A DNA stretch of 64,000 nucleotides from a bacterium (GCA_021810605.1 JAJZIL010000001.1:67412-131411), one strand, 5' to 3'. Counted from the stretch's first letter, positions 9,206 through 19,086 are shown. Numbers and translations: made by a program. The notes: generated from the sequence alone by a model not told the origin.

Positions 9206-9215
9206 ATTAGCAGTT
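9194..9215 (+). promoter_or_regulatory. CIRCE-like inverted repeat (GAGTGCTAA-tata-TTAGCAgTt) overlapping the -10 element; putative HrcA operator with non-canonical half-site order and spacing
   Basis: Half-sites match CIRCE halves (TTAGCACTC / GAGTGCTAA) but are arranged 9-N4-9 in everted order; core GCTAATATATTAGC is a perfect palindrome. Confidence 0.5.
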
Positions 9216-9235
9216 AAATTATTTGTTTGCCAAAT

Positions 9236-9958
9236 ATGACACCAAGACAAGCTAAAATACTTGAGTATGTGATATTGGAATATATGGAGACTGCACAAGC
9301 AGTAGGCTCTGTTGCAATGGCAAATAAATATGGGATCAATGTATCTCCTGCGACTATAAGAAATGAGATGTCAAATCTTATAAATCAAGGGTTTCTTTCG
9401 AAAGAGCATTTTTCTTCAGGGAGAATCCCTACGATAGTTGGATTTAGGTATTACATTGAGAATTTGCTCTTTGAAGAACAACTTAATTATCTAGAGGAGA
9501 TGGAGATAAAAGAAAAACTCCACGCAGTAAGGTTTCAAAAGGAAAAAATTTTAAGAAGTGCAGTAGAATCTTTAGCTAAGTCTTTGAAATATACTGCGAT
9601 AGCTCTTGCTTCAGATTCTATTTATTATGCAGGTATTTCTGAAATTTTAGATTATCCTGAGTTTGAAGATATCTCTACACTTAGGAATATAATGTCTGTT
9701 ATAGAGAATTATGATATATTAGAGAGTATTTTTGAAAAAGGGAATAAATTTGAGGGTGGAGTTAAAATTTTAATGGGAGAAGAAACAGGTTTTGCTAGTT
9801 TTAACTCTTGTTCTATTGCTTATTCTGGGTTCAGAATACATAGAGGGGAGCAAGGTTATCTTGCAGTGATAGGACCTTTTAGAATGGATTATAAAAAGGT
9901 ACTTCCTTATTTAAGATATACAGTAGAAGTCTTGGAAGAGGCTACTTCTGGTTGGTAA
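9236..9958 (+). CDS. hrcA: heat-inducible transcription repressor HrcA (short form)
   Basis: MTPRQAKILEYVILEYMETAQAVGSVAMANKYGINVSPATIRNEMSNLINQGFLSKEHFSSGRIPT matches the HrcA N-terminal winged-helix consensus; the track ORF starts at TTG 9227, ATG at 9236 is more likely. Confidence 0.85.
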   Translation: MTPRQAKILEYVILEYMETAQAVGSVAMANKYGINVSPATIRNEMSNLINQGFLSKEHFSSGRIPTIVGFRYYIENLLFEEQLNYLEEMEIKEKLHAVRFQKEKILRSAVESLAKSLKYTAIALASDSIYYAGISEILDYPEFEDISTLRNIMSVIENYDILESIFEKGNKFEGGVKILMGEETGFASFNSCSIAYSGFRIHRGEQGYLAVIGPFRMDYKKVLPYLRYTVEVLEEATSGW

Positions 9959-9977
9959 TTTTATTATATAAATAATT

Positions 9978-10535
9978 ATGGCTGAAAAAAAAATAAAGAA
10001 AGAACAAAAAAAAGATATATCAGAAGAAACTATTGATATTGGAGAAGATACTATAATAGAAGAATTGGACTTAAAAGATAAAATGATAGAGTCACTGACT
10101 CATGAAAAAGAAGATTTAGAGATAAAACTTAAATCTGCTCTTTCTGATTATCAAAATTTTAAGAGAAGAGTTGAAACAGAGAAAGAGAATAGTTCTAATG
10201 TACTTAACAATATTGTTTTAAGAGAATTTCTAAATGTTTTAGATAATATATATCTTTATATGAAGCATTTAGAAAAAGACAAAAGTGTTAGTGATTCTAT
10301 TTTATCAGGAATCAAATTGATTTATGATCAGTGTAATGAGATAGTAGTATCTCAAGGTCTATCATTAGAAGAAGTAAAAGAAGGAGATAGTGTATCTCCC
10401 CTACTTCATGAAGTTGTAGGTACAGTTACAGGAGAAAGAGATGGAATAATTACAGAGGTGGTTAGGGTAGGATATGTAAAAGATGGAAATGTAGTAAGAG
10501 CTGCAAGAGTCATTGTTGAAAAAAAAGAAATTTAA
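9978..10535 (+). CDS. grpE: nucleotide exchange factor GrpE
   Basis: Coiled-coil N-terminus and LSDYQNFKRRVETEKEN region typical of GrpE; position between hrcA and dnaK. Confidence 0.9.
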   Translation: MAEKKIKKEQKKDISEETIDIGEDTIIEELDLKDKMIESLTHEKEDLEIKLKSALSDYQNFKRRVETEKENSSNVLNNIVLREFLNVLDNIYLYMKHLEKDKSVSDSILSGIKLIYDQCNEIVVSQGLSLEEVKEGDSVSPLLHEVVGTVTGERDGIITEVVRVGYVKDGNVVRAARVIVEKKEI

Positions 10536-10557
10536 TTTATTTTAGTATATAAAAATT

Positions 10558-12492
10558 ATGTCAAAAATATTAGGAATCGATCTAGGAACAACTAATTCTG
10601 CTATGGCCTTTATGGAAGGTGGAGAGCCAGTAGTAATAACTAACTCTGAAGGAGCTAGAACAACACCTTCTGTTGTTGCAATACTTCCAGATAAGTCTAG
10701 AGCTGTTGGAGTTAGTGCAAAGAACCAAATGGTATTAAATCCTAAGCAAACTTTTTATTCTATAAAAAGGCTTATAGGAAGATCTTTTGATGATGAAGAG
10801 GTTCAGAGAGATATAAAGGTTTTTCCATTTGAGCTTAGAAAATCCTCTTCAGGAGGAGTTGAGGTTAAAGTTGGAGATGAGTGGTTAGCACCAGAGGCTA
10901 TATCAGCTATGGTTCTATCTAAACTTAAAGCAGATGCAGAAGCTTTTTTAGGTGAAAAAATTACAGAAGCTGTTATTACAGTTCCTGCTTATTTTGATGA
11001 TTCTCAAAGACAAGCTACTAAAAATGCAGGAAAAATTGCAGGGTTAGATGTAAAAAGAATAATTAATGAACCTACTTCTGCTGCTCTTGCATATGGTTTT
11101 GATAAAAAAGGAGAACAAACAATTGTAGTATACGATTTAGGTGGAGGAACTTTCGATGTATCTGTATTAGAGTTAGGAGATGGAATTTTTGAAGTTATTG
11201 CTACTAACGGGGATACTCACCTTGGAGGAGATGATTTTGATAGAAGAATAATTGATTTTATTGCAGATGATTTCAAAAAAACTAATGGGATTGATTTAAG
11301 AACTGATTCTGCAGCATTACAAAGACTTAAAGAAGCAGCAGAAAAGGCAAAAATAGAGCTTTCTTCTACAAATCAAGCTCAAATAAATATACCTTTCATA
11401 ACATCAGATGCAAATGGTCCAAAACATTTAAATATGACTATGACTAGAGCTCAACTAGAATCTCTTGTTAAAGATTTGGTTACAAGTACAATGGATCCTG
11501 TAAAAAAAGCTTTATCTGATGCGAAGAAGAAAGTAGAAGATATTGATGAGGTTATTTTGGTTGGTGGTATGACTAGAATGCCTGCTATTACAGATGCTGT
11601 AAAAGACTTTTTTAAGAAAGAACCTAATAAGAGTGTTAATCCTGATGAAGTTGTAGCTATTGGAGCTGCTGTACAGGGAGGTGTTTTATCTGGAGATGTT
11701 AGAGATGTAACTCTTCTAGATGTAACTCCTTTATCTTTAGGAATTGAGACATTAGGAGGAGTTTCCACAAGGATTATAGAGAGAAATTCTACAATTCCTA
11801 TTCAGAAGAAGCAGGTTTTCACTACGGCAGCTGACACTCAAACATCTGTAGAAATTCATATTCTACAAGGAGAGAGAGAATTTGCAAAAGATAATAAAAC
11901 TTTAGGTAGATTTATACTTGATGGTATTGCTCCAGCTAAAAGAGGAATTCCTCAAATAGAAGTAACTTTTGATATTGATGCAAATGGAATACTAAAAGTC
12001 TCTGCTCAAGATAAAGCTACAGGAAAAGAACAACATATAACTATTACTGCAAATACTTCTTTGTCAGACTCAGAAATAGAGAAATTACTAAAAGAGGCTA
12101 AAGAACACGAAGAAGAGGATAAAAAGAAAAAAGAGTTAGTAGATGTTAAGAATTCAGCAGAAACAGTAGCTTTTTCAGCTGAAACTTTCTTGAATGAAAA
12201 TAAAGATAAAATTGATCAAGAGAAACAGGATCAAATGCAATCTAAAATAACAGAACTTAGAGATATAGCTTCTAAAGAGGATACAGACAAAGAGTCTATT
12301 GAAAAAGCTCTTTCTGAATTGGAAACTTTAATGCAAGAGATTGGTTCCTCTATGAATCAACAAGCATCTTCTGAATCTAATCCTACTGGAGAAGAAAATC
12401 CTCCAGAAGGAGATGGTGCAACAGATCAAACAGATCAAAACTCAGGAGGAAGTGATTCAACTGATGATGTAAAAGAGGGTGAAGTTCTCTAA
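10558..12492 (+). CDS. dnaK: molecular chaperone DnaK (Hsp70)
   Basis: Hsp70 signatures [31 protein letters not shown]; 644 aa. Confidence 0.98.
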   Translation: MSKILGIDLGTTNSAMAFMEGGEPVVITNSEGARTTPSVVAILPDKSRAVGVSAKNQMVLNPKQTFYSIKRLIGRSFDDEEVQRDIKVFPFELRKSSSGGVEVKVGDEWLAPEAISAMVLSKLKADAEAFLGEKITEAVITVPAYFDDSQRQATKNAGKIAGLDVKRIINEPTSAALAYGFDKKGEQTIVVYDLGGGTFDVSVLELGDGIFEVIATNGDTHLGGDDFDRRIIDFIADDFKKTNGIDLRTDSAALQRLKEAAEKAKIELSSTNQAQINIPFITSDANGPKHLNMTMTRAQLESLVKDLVTSTMDPVKKALSDAKKKVEDIDEVILVGGMTRMPAITDAVKDFFKKEPNKSVNPDEVVAIGAAVQGGVLSGDVRDVTLLDVTPLSLGIETLGGVSTRIIERNSTIPIQKKQVFTTAADTQTSVEIHILQGEREFAKDNKTLGRFILDGIAPAKRGIPQIEVTFDIDANGILKVSAQDKATGKEQHITITANTSLSDSEIEKLLKEAKEHEEEDKKKKELVDVKNSAETVAFSAETFLNENKDKIDQEKQDQMQSKITELRDIASKEDTDKESIEKALSELETLMQEIGSSMNQQASSESNPTGEENPPEGDGATDQTDQNSGGSDSTDDVKEGEVL

Positions 12493-12503
12493 ACTTTGAT
12501 CAA

Positions 12504-12541
12504 TTAAGGGAGGTTTAATCCTCCCTTAATGTTATTTTATT
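12504..12541 (+). terminator. rho-independent terminator after dnaK (TTAAGGGAGG-tttaat-CCTCCCTTAA followed by a T-rich run)
   Basis: Perfect 10-bp stem, 6-nt loop, then tgttattttatt. Confidence 0.8.
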
Positions 12542-12552
12542 AATATAAGGGT

Positions 12553-12834
12553 ATGCATTATTATAATCAACCAGGTGTTCACAATTTAAATTTTATTCCT
12601 TTTGCCTTTTTTGGGGCATTGATGTTTGGTTTATTTTGGTTAATTGTGATCATTATTCTCGTATACTTTTTTAAAAAATCTAAACATCATAGACACCATA
12701 TACATTATGGATCATTAGGTTCGAATAGTGCAGAAAATCTTCTGAAAGAGAGATTCGTAAAAGGAGAGATTAATGATGAAGAGTATAAGCGAATGAAAAA
12801 AACTTTATCCGAAGATGTAGAGGATAAAAAATAA
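12553..12834 (+). CDS. small membrane protein with C-terminal SHOCT domain
   Basis: TM helix FGALMFGLFWLIVIIILVYFF, His-rich linker, then ENLLKERFVKGEINDEEYKRMKKTL (SHOCT motif). Confidence 0.6.
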   Translation: MHYYNQPGVHNLNFIPFAFFGALMFGLFWLIVIIILVYFFKKSKHHRHHIHYGSLGSNSAENLLKERFVKGEINDEEYKRMKKTLSEDVEDKK

Positions 12835-12919
12835 AAATTCAGTAATTCATAGAAAATTTTTCGATAATAAATATTTTTTCTTCTCTCAAATTATTAGTAT
12901 GTTTTTTACATAATATATT

Positions 12920-13576
12920 ATGTCAAATGAAGTTTTTCCTACAAATAAATTTTTAACAACAGGAGCTATTTTAATGGGCTTAAGCTTAGGTGTAGCCCAT
13001 GGAGATGCTCTATTTCAAAAAGAGATTTCTAATACTAAAACAATAGATAACATTTATTCAAATTTAGTCAAAAAAGATTTTGCTTTTAATTCAAAATTTC
13101 CTTCTAAAGTAGAGGTGTATAGTCAGACGGTTGCAATTGATGGTGAAATTCAAAAAGATTTAACAATATCTTCTATATCAGAGAATAACTCAACTAGGTA
13201 TGTAATAAGTGTTTTTACTCCATTAGTAAATACTTATTCTAAAGGAATTCCTAATTTATCGGCTATTTCAATAAGTGTTGGAGGTTATGATGGTAATCCA
13301 TATACACGATCAACATTTGAACAACAAAATTACTATTATTTTGATATGTTAAAAACTAGTGGATTTTGGAGTATAAATAAATTTGGATATAATCTTTTAG
13401 GGAATGAAAAAATACCTAAAAGATATAAATTAACAATAGGTGATAATACAAAGTTATCTCAAAAAGAAAAGCTAGTTCTTAGAGAAGTTATATCACAGGC
13501 ACAATCTGTTATATCTTCCGCAAAGGAAGGTTTAAATGTAAAACATCATGGATCTCAAATTATATTAAAATCTTAA
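12920..13576 (+). CDS. hypothetical secreted protein (paralog A)
   Basis: Signal-peptide-like N-terminus (LTTGAILMGLSLGVAHG); shares blocks with 13636..14403 (FNSKFPSKVEVYSQTV / KSKFPPKVKVSHNLV; TRYVISVFTPLV / AEYVIDYRTPLV). Confidence 0.5.
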   Translation: MSNEVFPTNKFLTTGAILMGLSLGVAHGDALFQKEISNTKTIDNIYSNLVKKDFAFNSKFPSKVEVYSQTVAIDGEIQKDLTISSISENNSTRYVISVFTPLVNTYSKGIPNLSAISISVGGYDGNPYTRSTFEQQNYYYFDMLKTSGFWSINKFGYNLLGNEKIPKRYKLTIGDNTKLSQKEKLVLREVISQAQSVISSAKEGLNVKHHGSQIILKS

Positions 13577-13635
13577 ATATACAAAGCATCTAATCCTATA
13601 GAGTTGACTAATATATATATTTAGATATATAATCT

Positions 13636-14403
13636 ATGTATATGTTTATTGAGAAAGGTAATAGAATAGAAGAGAAACAAAAAATAAGAAAAATTGCATT
13701 AGCAGGGTTATTTTCTGTTGGTATTGGTATGAATTCTCATATTGCAGAGCCAATAGTACATTCTAAACCAGAGCCAATACTACATTCTAAAAAAGATGTA
13801 CATAAAGGAAAAGAAACTATTTTTAATAGACTTAGTAATGTATATGGGTTTTTTGAAGGACAAATTTTATCCCCTGATTTTGCTATAAAATCAAAATTTC
13901 CTCCTAAAGTAAAAGTTTCTCATAATTTAGTAAGTATATCAAATTATCTAGAAAATCAAACTCAGATAACTTCTACATCTTATGATAATACAGCAGAATA
14001 TGTGATAGATTATAGAACTCCTTTAGTATTTGGAAAAACTAATGAGCCAAAAGGATATATTCCAAATAGGTCTTATATAAGTATTCAGGTAAATCCCGGA
14101 GTAAAAAATTCTCAATTTGAAACTTTAAAAAATCAAGGAGATACAAGTTTTACTGCTGCATCAATTTCAAAAGATCCTAATGGTGTTTGGAATGTCCAAT
14201 GGATGGGAGAAAATGTTATTGGAAGTACTGATTTTCCTTTTAAATATAGTTTCTCTGCGAGTGTTAATTCAGGAGTATTTATGCCTGCAAAAGAAAGAGA
14301 ACTGGATGAAGTTTTAACTAAAATGGAAGGTATAATTCTTGCTGCAAAAAGAGGAGATTCCCTTATAACAGATAATTCTTTAGAGTATATAAAAACAAAA
14401 TAA
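13636..14403 (+). CDS. hypothetical secreted protein (paralog B of 12920..13576)
   Basis: Signal-peptide-like IALAGLFSVGIGMNSHIA; paralogous blocks as above. Confidence 0.5.
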   Translation: MYMFIEKGNRIEEKQKIRKIALAGLFSVGIGMNSHIAEPIVHSKPEPILHSKKDVHKGKETIFNRLSNVYGFFEGQILSPDFAIKSKFPPKVKVSHNLVSISNYLENQTQITSTSYDNTAEYVIDYRTPLVFGKTNEPKGYIPNRSYISIQVNPGVKNSQFETLKNQGDTSFTAASISKDPNGVWNVQWMGENVIGSTDFPFKYSFSASVNSGVFMPAKERELDEVLTKMEGIILAAKRGDSLITDNSLEYIKTK

Positions 14404-14425
14404 TATTGAGTATATTCTCGATTTA

Positions 14426-14635
14426 TTAACTAAATTTCTTTTCCAAAAATTTATTAATTTTAAGAGTTTCTATTTTTGTAAACTTTTTAACTTTATTTTT
14501 CTTAGTTACTACTTTTACAGAAAAATCATCATCCTGTTCTGTTATAATTTCAAGATCATTTATAAATTTTACTTTTTCCTCGTCTGGAAGAATCTCATCA
14601 AGATTTAAGTGTTTTATATATTGAAAATTAATCAT
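14426..14635 (-). CDS. hypothetical small protein
   Basis: 69-aa ORF only; Lys/Asp-rich, no recognisable motif. Confidence 0.25.
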   Translation of the reverse strand: MINFQYIKHLNLDEILPDEEKVKFINDLEIITEQDDDFSVKVVTKKNKVKKFTKIETLKINKFLEKKFS

Positions 14636-14799
14636 TATCTATATTGTATCAGGTAATCTATATTATTCAATATTAAAATAAGTTTATTAAAGTATTATGA
14701 GAAAAATATAGCTGTAGATAAGGAAATTGTTTGACTTTTATTTGTAATGATATAAGTTTTTAGTATTTTTATCTCTCAGGTTCATATTCTTTTTTATTT

Positions 14800-15768
14800 A
14801 TGATAATATTCCTATTTATGATTATTGAAGATAAATTATATGGAACTATAGATATAGATTCTCCTGTTATGATAGATCTGATAAACTCTGCTCCTGTACA
14901 AAGGCTTAAAGGTATTATTCAATCAGGAGTTCCAGAAAAGTATAATAGGAGAAGTTTTTCTAGGTTTGAGCATTCTTTAGGGGTAATGTTTTGTCTGAAA
15001 TTTGTTGGTGCTAGTGAGGAAGAACAAATTGCAGGACTTTTGCATGACGTATCTCATACTGCATTCTCTCATACTATAGATTGGGTTTTGGAAACTAGTA
15101 ATAATGAAACATTTCAAGATGATAATCATGAAGATTATATTGAAAATTCTGTAATTCCAAGTATTTTAGAAAAATATGGATATAGTAGTAATAGAATTGT
15201 AGATTATAAAAATTTTCCTCTTTTAGAACAAGATATCCCTAATTTATGTGCAGATAGATTAGATTATTCTATTAAAGAATTTCCTTACAAAATTGCAAAA
15301 GAATGTTTATTAAATCTTACCGTGAAGGAAGATTTACTGGTATTTAAAAATGAAGAGAGTGCTTTTCTTTTTGCAGATAATTTTTTAGATATTCAAAATA
15401 ATTTGTTTGGAGGAAAAGATTCTGTTGTAAAGGATATTATATTTGTAGACATCTTAAAAAAAGCTTTTGAAAAAGGAGCAATTTCAATGGAAGATTTTTG
15501 GAGAGATGATAATTTTGTTTTAGAAAAAGTAGAGAAGCTGGAAGACCCTTTTATTCAAAAAAGAATTAAAATACTTTTAGACAAGGATTTTAATTCTTTT
15601 GAACTAAGTGATAAAGTTATTTATAAAAAATTTAGATATGTAGATCCGTTTTTTATTTCAGGAGCAGTTCTTAAGAGACTAAGTAGTAAAAATAATAAAT
15701 TCAGAAAAAAGCTAGAAGAATCTATGAAAATAAATAAGCAGGGTATACATGTTATAAAAATTGATTGA
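14800..15768 (+). CDS. HD-domain phosphohydrolase, dNTP triphosphohydrolase (Dgt/SAMHD1)-like
   Basis: RFEHSLGV ... LLHDVSHTAFSH matches the HD motif pair of dGTPase/SAMHD1-family enzymes; only 322 aa. Confidence 0.65.
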   Translation: MIIFLFMIIEDKLYGTIDIDSPVMIDLINSAPVQRLKGIIQSGVPEKYNRRSFSRFEHSLGVMFCLKFVGASEEEQIAGLLHDVSHTAFSHTIDWVLETSNNETFQDDNHEDYIENSVIPSILEKYGYSSNRIVDYKNFPLLEQDIPNLCADRLDYSIKEFPYKIAKECLLNLTVKEDLLVFKNEESAFLFADNFLDIQNNLFGGKDSVVKDIIFVDILKKAFEKGAISMEDFWRDDNFVLEKVEKLEDPFIQKRIKILLDKDFNSFELSDKVIYKKFRYVDPFFISGAVLKRLSSKNNKFRKKLEESMKINKQGIHVIKID

Positions 15769-15832
15769 AAAAGTTATATATATATTAGTATTTATTGAAA
15801 ATTAAACTACAGAAGTGTAATATATAAGGTAT

Positions 15833-16465
15833 ATGAAAGTATATGATATTTCTTACTTACTAAATGAGTCTACTCCAATATATCCTGGGAATGCTAATTT
15901 TTCAATAAAAAGAGTTCAGAATATGCCTAAAGACAGTTCTAATTCATCAGCAATAACAATGGGTTCCCATTTTGCGACACATATAGATGCACCAGTTCAT
16001 GTAATAGAGGATGGTAAGGGTATAGATAAGTTCCCTATAGATAGATTTGTAGGAAAATGTGATGTATTAGATTTTTCTGTGCTAGATACAGAATCTATAG
16101 ATAAAAAAGATTTAGAAAAGAAGAATATAAAAAACAATATAGTTTTAATTAAAACAAAAAATTCTATTAGAGGGTTTGATATTTTTCATGAAGATTTCAT
16201 ATATTTGTCGGATAGTGGATCAGATTATCTATTGTCAAAGGGGGTAAAGCTTGTAGGTATAGATGGTCCTTCTATAAAAAAATTTAGATATCATCCTGAT
16301 TATGTGCATAACAATTTGCTAGGAAATGATTGTTTGATAGCAGAAGGGCTTAATTTATTAGAAGTTTTACAAGGAGAATATTTCTTTTTAGGAGCTCCTT
16401 TAAATTTTGAAGGTTCTGATGCTTCTCCTGCAAGAATTATTTTAATAGAGGATTTTTATGAATAA
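15833..16465 (+). CDS. cyclase-family metal-dependent hydrolase (kynurenine formamidase-like, PF04199-type)
   Basis: MGSHFATHIDAPVHV = HxGTHxDAPxH-type motif; 8-nt overlap with downstream gnd. Confidence 0.7.
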   Translation: MKVYDISYLLNESTPIYPGNANFSIKRVQNMPKDSSNSSAITMGSHFATHIDAPVHVIEDGKGIDKFPIDRFVGKCDVLDFSVLDTESIDKKDLEKKNIKNNIVLIKTKNSIRGFDIFHEDFIYLSDSGSDYLLSKGVKLVGIDGPSIKKFRYHPDYVHNNLLGNDCLIAEGLNLLEVLQGEYFFLGAPLNFEGSDASPARIILIEDFYE

Positions 16466-17378
16466 AAAAATAGCAATAATAGGTTTAGGTAAAATGGGTC
16501 TTAATATTGGATTAAATCTAAAAGATAAAAAAATCGATGTTTTTGGATTTACAGATACAAAAGAAGGTTTTGATTATGCAAAAGAGCAAGGGTTAGAAGT
16601 ATTTTCTACATTAGATGAAACTATTTCAAATTTTGGAGAGGATATTAGAATTTTTTGGTTGATGGTTCCTTCTCAAGCAGTAGATACGGTTTTATTTTCA
16701 GAATCTGAAGGTTTAGCAATAAAACTTAAAGAGGGAGATATAATTATAGATGGAGGAAATTCACACTATAAAGATTCCATAGAAAGATATAATAAACTTA
16801 AAAAGAAAGGTATTAATTTTATTGATTGTGGAACTTCAGGAGGAGTTGAAGGTGCTAGAAGAGGAGCTTGTCTTATGATTGGAGGAGATAAGGATATATA
16901 TAATCAAACTGAATGGATTTTTCAATCTGTTGCTATGGAAAATGGTTATGGATATATAGGAGAAGCTGGTTCTGGTCATTACGTTAAAATGATTCATAAT
17001 GCTATAGAGTATGGAATGCTACAATCTATAGCAGAAGGTGTAAATTTAGTTGAGAATGGGAAGTATCCAAATGTGAATATTGAATCTCTATTAGGGGTTT
17101 GGAATCATGGAAGTATTATCGAGTCATATCTAACTAAGGTTTTAGAAAAACAACTTAAAAATTACCCCAATTTGGATGAAATTGAGCCTGTTGTAGATGA
17201 CAATGGCGAGGGTGCTTGGACCATAATGGAAGCAATTGAGCAAAGAATTCCTCTTAGTGTTGGGGCAATCTCTCTTTTTGAAAGATATTCTTCAAAAGGA
17301 AAGGATGATGATGCTAATAAGTTTATAGCTCTTATGAGAAATGGTTTTGGAGGACATGCCATTACTAAAAAAGATTAA
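16458..17378 (+). CDS. gnd: 6-phosphogluconate dehydrogenase (decarboxylating), short YqeC-like form
   Basis: N-terminal Rossmann IAIIGLGKMGLNIGLNL; 6PGDH signature YVKMIHNAIEYGMLQSIAEG. Confidence 0.85.
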   Translation: MNKKIAIIGLGKMGLNIGLNLKDKKIDVFGFTDTKEGFDYAKEQGLEVFSTLDETISNFGEDIRIFWLMVPSQAVDTVLFSESEGLAIKLKEGDIIIDGGNSHYKDSIERYNKLKKKGINFIDCGTSGGVEGARRGACLMIGGDKDIYNQTEWIFQSVAMENGYGYIGEAGSGHYVKMIHNAIEYGMLQSIAEGVNLVENGKYPNVNIESLLGVWNHGSIIESYLTKVLEKQLKNYPNLDEIEPVVDDNGEGAWTIMEAIEQRIPLSVGAISLFERYSSKGKDDDANKFIALMRNGFGGHAITKKD

Positions 17379-17396
17379 TATTATTAAAAAAAAATT

Positions 17397-18059
17397 ATGA
17401 AGATATTTATAGATAGTGCTCAAATAGAACAAATAAAGGAGTTAGAAGATTTAGGTGTGATCTCAGGTATCACAACTAATCCCACTCTAGCTTCAGTTAC
17501 TGGGAAAAATTTTAAAGATTTAGTAAGTGAGATATTCTCTACTCTCTCTAAGGATAGAATAATAAATCTTGAAGTTATAGCTACAGATTATGAAACTATT
17601 TTAAAACAAGCTAGAGCTCTTGCTGCTTTAGATAATAGAGTAGTTGTAAAAATACCTTGTATTCCAGATGGTCTAAAAGCTTGTAAAAAACTTTCAGAAG
17701 AAGGTATTCGTGTAAATATAACTTTAGTTTTCTCTCCTATGCAGGCACTTTTATGTGCTAATGCAGGTGCATATTTTGTATCCCCTTTTGTAGGAAGATT
17801 AGAGGATATATCTGTAGATGGAATGGAGATTGTATCTGAAATAGTTAAAATATATAAAAATTATGATTATAAGACGCAAATTCTTTTTGCTTCTGTAAGA
17901 TCTGTTGAGCATATAAGATTAGCAGCTCTTGCAGGTGTTGATGTAGTTACTTCTCCTTATGAGTATATAAAAGAATTATATAAACATCCTCTAACAGATA
18001 CAGGATTAGCTAAATTTTTAAAAGATTGGACTGATGCTAAGGAGGAGTTCATTGTATGA
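17397..18059 (+). CDS. tal: transaldolase (short Fsa/TalC-type)
   Basis: MKIFIDSAQIEQIKELEDLGVISGITTNPTLA and internal VVVKIP (Schiff-base Lys region); 220 aa. Confidence 0.85.
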   Translation: MKIFIDSAQIEQIKELEDLGVISGITTNPTLASVTGKNFKDLVSEIFSTLSKDRIINLEVIATDYETILKQARALAALDNRVVVKIPCIPDGLKACKKLSEEGIRVNITLVFSPMQALLCANAGAYFVSPFVGRLEDISVDGMEIVSEIVKIYKNYDYKTQILFASVRSVEHIRLAALAGVDVVTSPYEYIKELYKHPLTDTGLAKFLKDWTDAKEEFIV

Positions 18060-18484
18060 ATATCTATATAGCTTCAGATCATAGAGGTTTTGATCTAAAA
18101 ACTGAGGTTATAGAGTATTTAAAATCTGAGAAAATTCTCGATATGGGGCCTTTTGAATATAATCATGAAGATGATTATCCTATTTTTGCACATCTTGTTG
18201 CAAAAAAAGTTTTAGAGAATCCAGATTCTTTTGGAATCCTTATTTGTGATACTGGTTTGGGTATGGATATGACTGCAAATAAATATAAGGGAATTCGAGC
18301 AGCATTGTGCACTGATTCATTTTTTGCTTATAGAGCAAGATTACATAATGACGCAAATATACTCGTTTTATCTGCTGAATATGATAAAATTGATTTCAGA
18401 GAAATAGTTAAAATGTTTTTTTCTACTCAACCTTCAGAAGAAATAAGACATAAAAGGAGAGTAAAAGAGATAGATGAATTATGA
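18056..18484 (+). CDS. rpiB: ribose-5-phosphate isomerase B
   Basis: MNIYIASDHRGFDLK ... ILICDTGLGMDMTANKYKGIRAALC matches the RpiB/LacAB family. Confidence 0.9.
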   Translation: MNIYIASDHRGFDLKTEVIEYLKSEKILDMGPFEYNHEDDYPIFAHLVAKKVLENPDSFGILICDTGLGMDMTANKYKGIRAALCTDSFFAYRARLHNDANILVLSAEYDKIDFREIVKMFFSTQPSEEIRHKRRVKEIDEL

Positions 18485-19086
18485 TTATTCCTGCAATATT
18501 AGAAAATAATAAAGAATCCTTAATAAAAAGAGTTAATCAAGTAAAGTCTTTTTCAAGAAAAGTTCATATAGATATAATGGATCAGACTCTTACAGATCAA
18601 AGAACTCTCTCCATTTCAGATATTCCATTAGATTTACCTGTTCAGATAGAGTTACATTTAATGGTTACTACTCCTAGTCTATATCTAGAAAGTATAAAGA
18701 ATCTTAATCCATACAAATTAATAATTCACTCAGAGAGTGATATTTTTGAAAAAGAAGTAAATTTAATGAGAAATTTTTTTAATATTTATGCAGGTGTTAA
18801 TATTAATACTCCAGTAGACGAAGTTATATCAATTAAAGAGAAATTAGCAGGAGTTCTCTTAATGTCAGTTAATATGGGTGCTTCAGGAAAAAATTTTAAT
18901 ATAAAAGTTCTTGATAAAGTAAAGGAAGTTTCTCAATATTTTTCAAATATACAATTAGATGGGGGAATAAATGAGGAAAATCTAAGTATTTGCAAATCAT
19001 TAGGGGTAAAAGATTTTGCAATTCATACTACACTTTTTTCAAGTCCTAATATAGAAGATGAATTTTTAAAACTCAAAGAATTGTAA
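18481..19086 (+). CDS. rpe: ribulose-phosphate 3-epimerase-like
   Basis: IIPAIL ... VHIDIMDQTL ... LDGGINEENL parallels RPE IAPSIL ... HVDVMDGHF ... VDGGIN; somewhat divergent. Confidence 0.65.
   Translation: MIIPAILENNKESLIKRVNQVKSFSRKVHIDIMDQTLTDQRTLSISDIPLDLPVQIELHLMVTTPSLYLESIKNLNPYKLIIHSESDIFEKEVNLMRNFFNIYAGVNINTPVDEVISIKEKLAGVLLMSVNMGASGKNFNIKVLDKVKEVSQYFSNIQLDGGINEENLSICKSLGVKDFAIHTTLFSSPNIEDEFLKLKEL

Noticed and set aside
9176-9215. Canonical CIRCE (TTAGCACTC-N9-GAGTGCTAA)
   Set aside because: Exact canonical geometry is not present. Only the everted 9-N4-9 variant is seen, reported as a finding rather than as a standard CIRCE.
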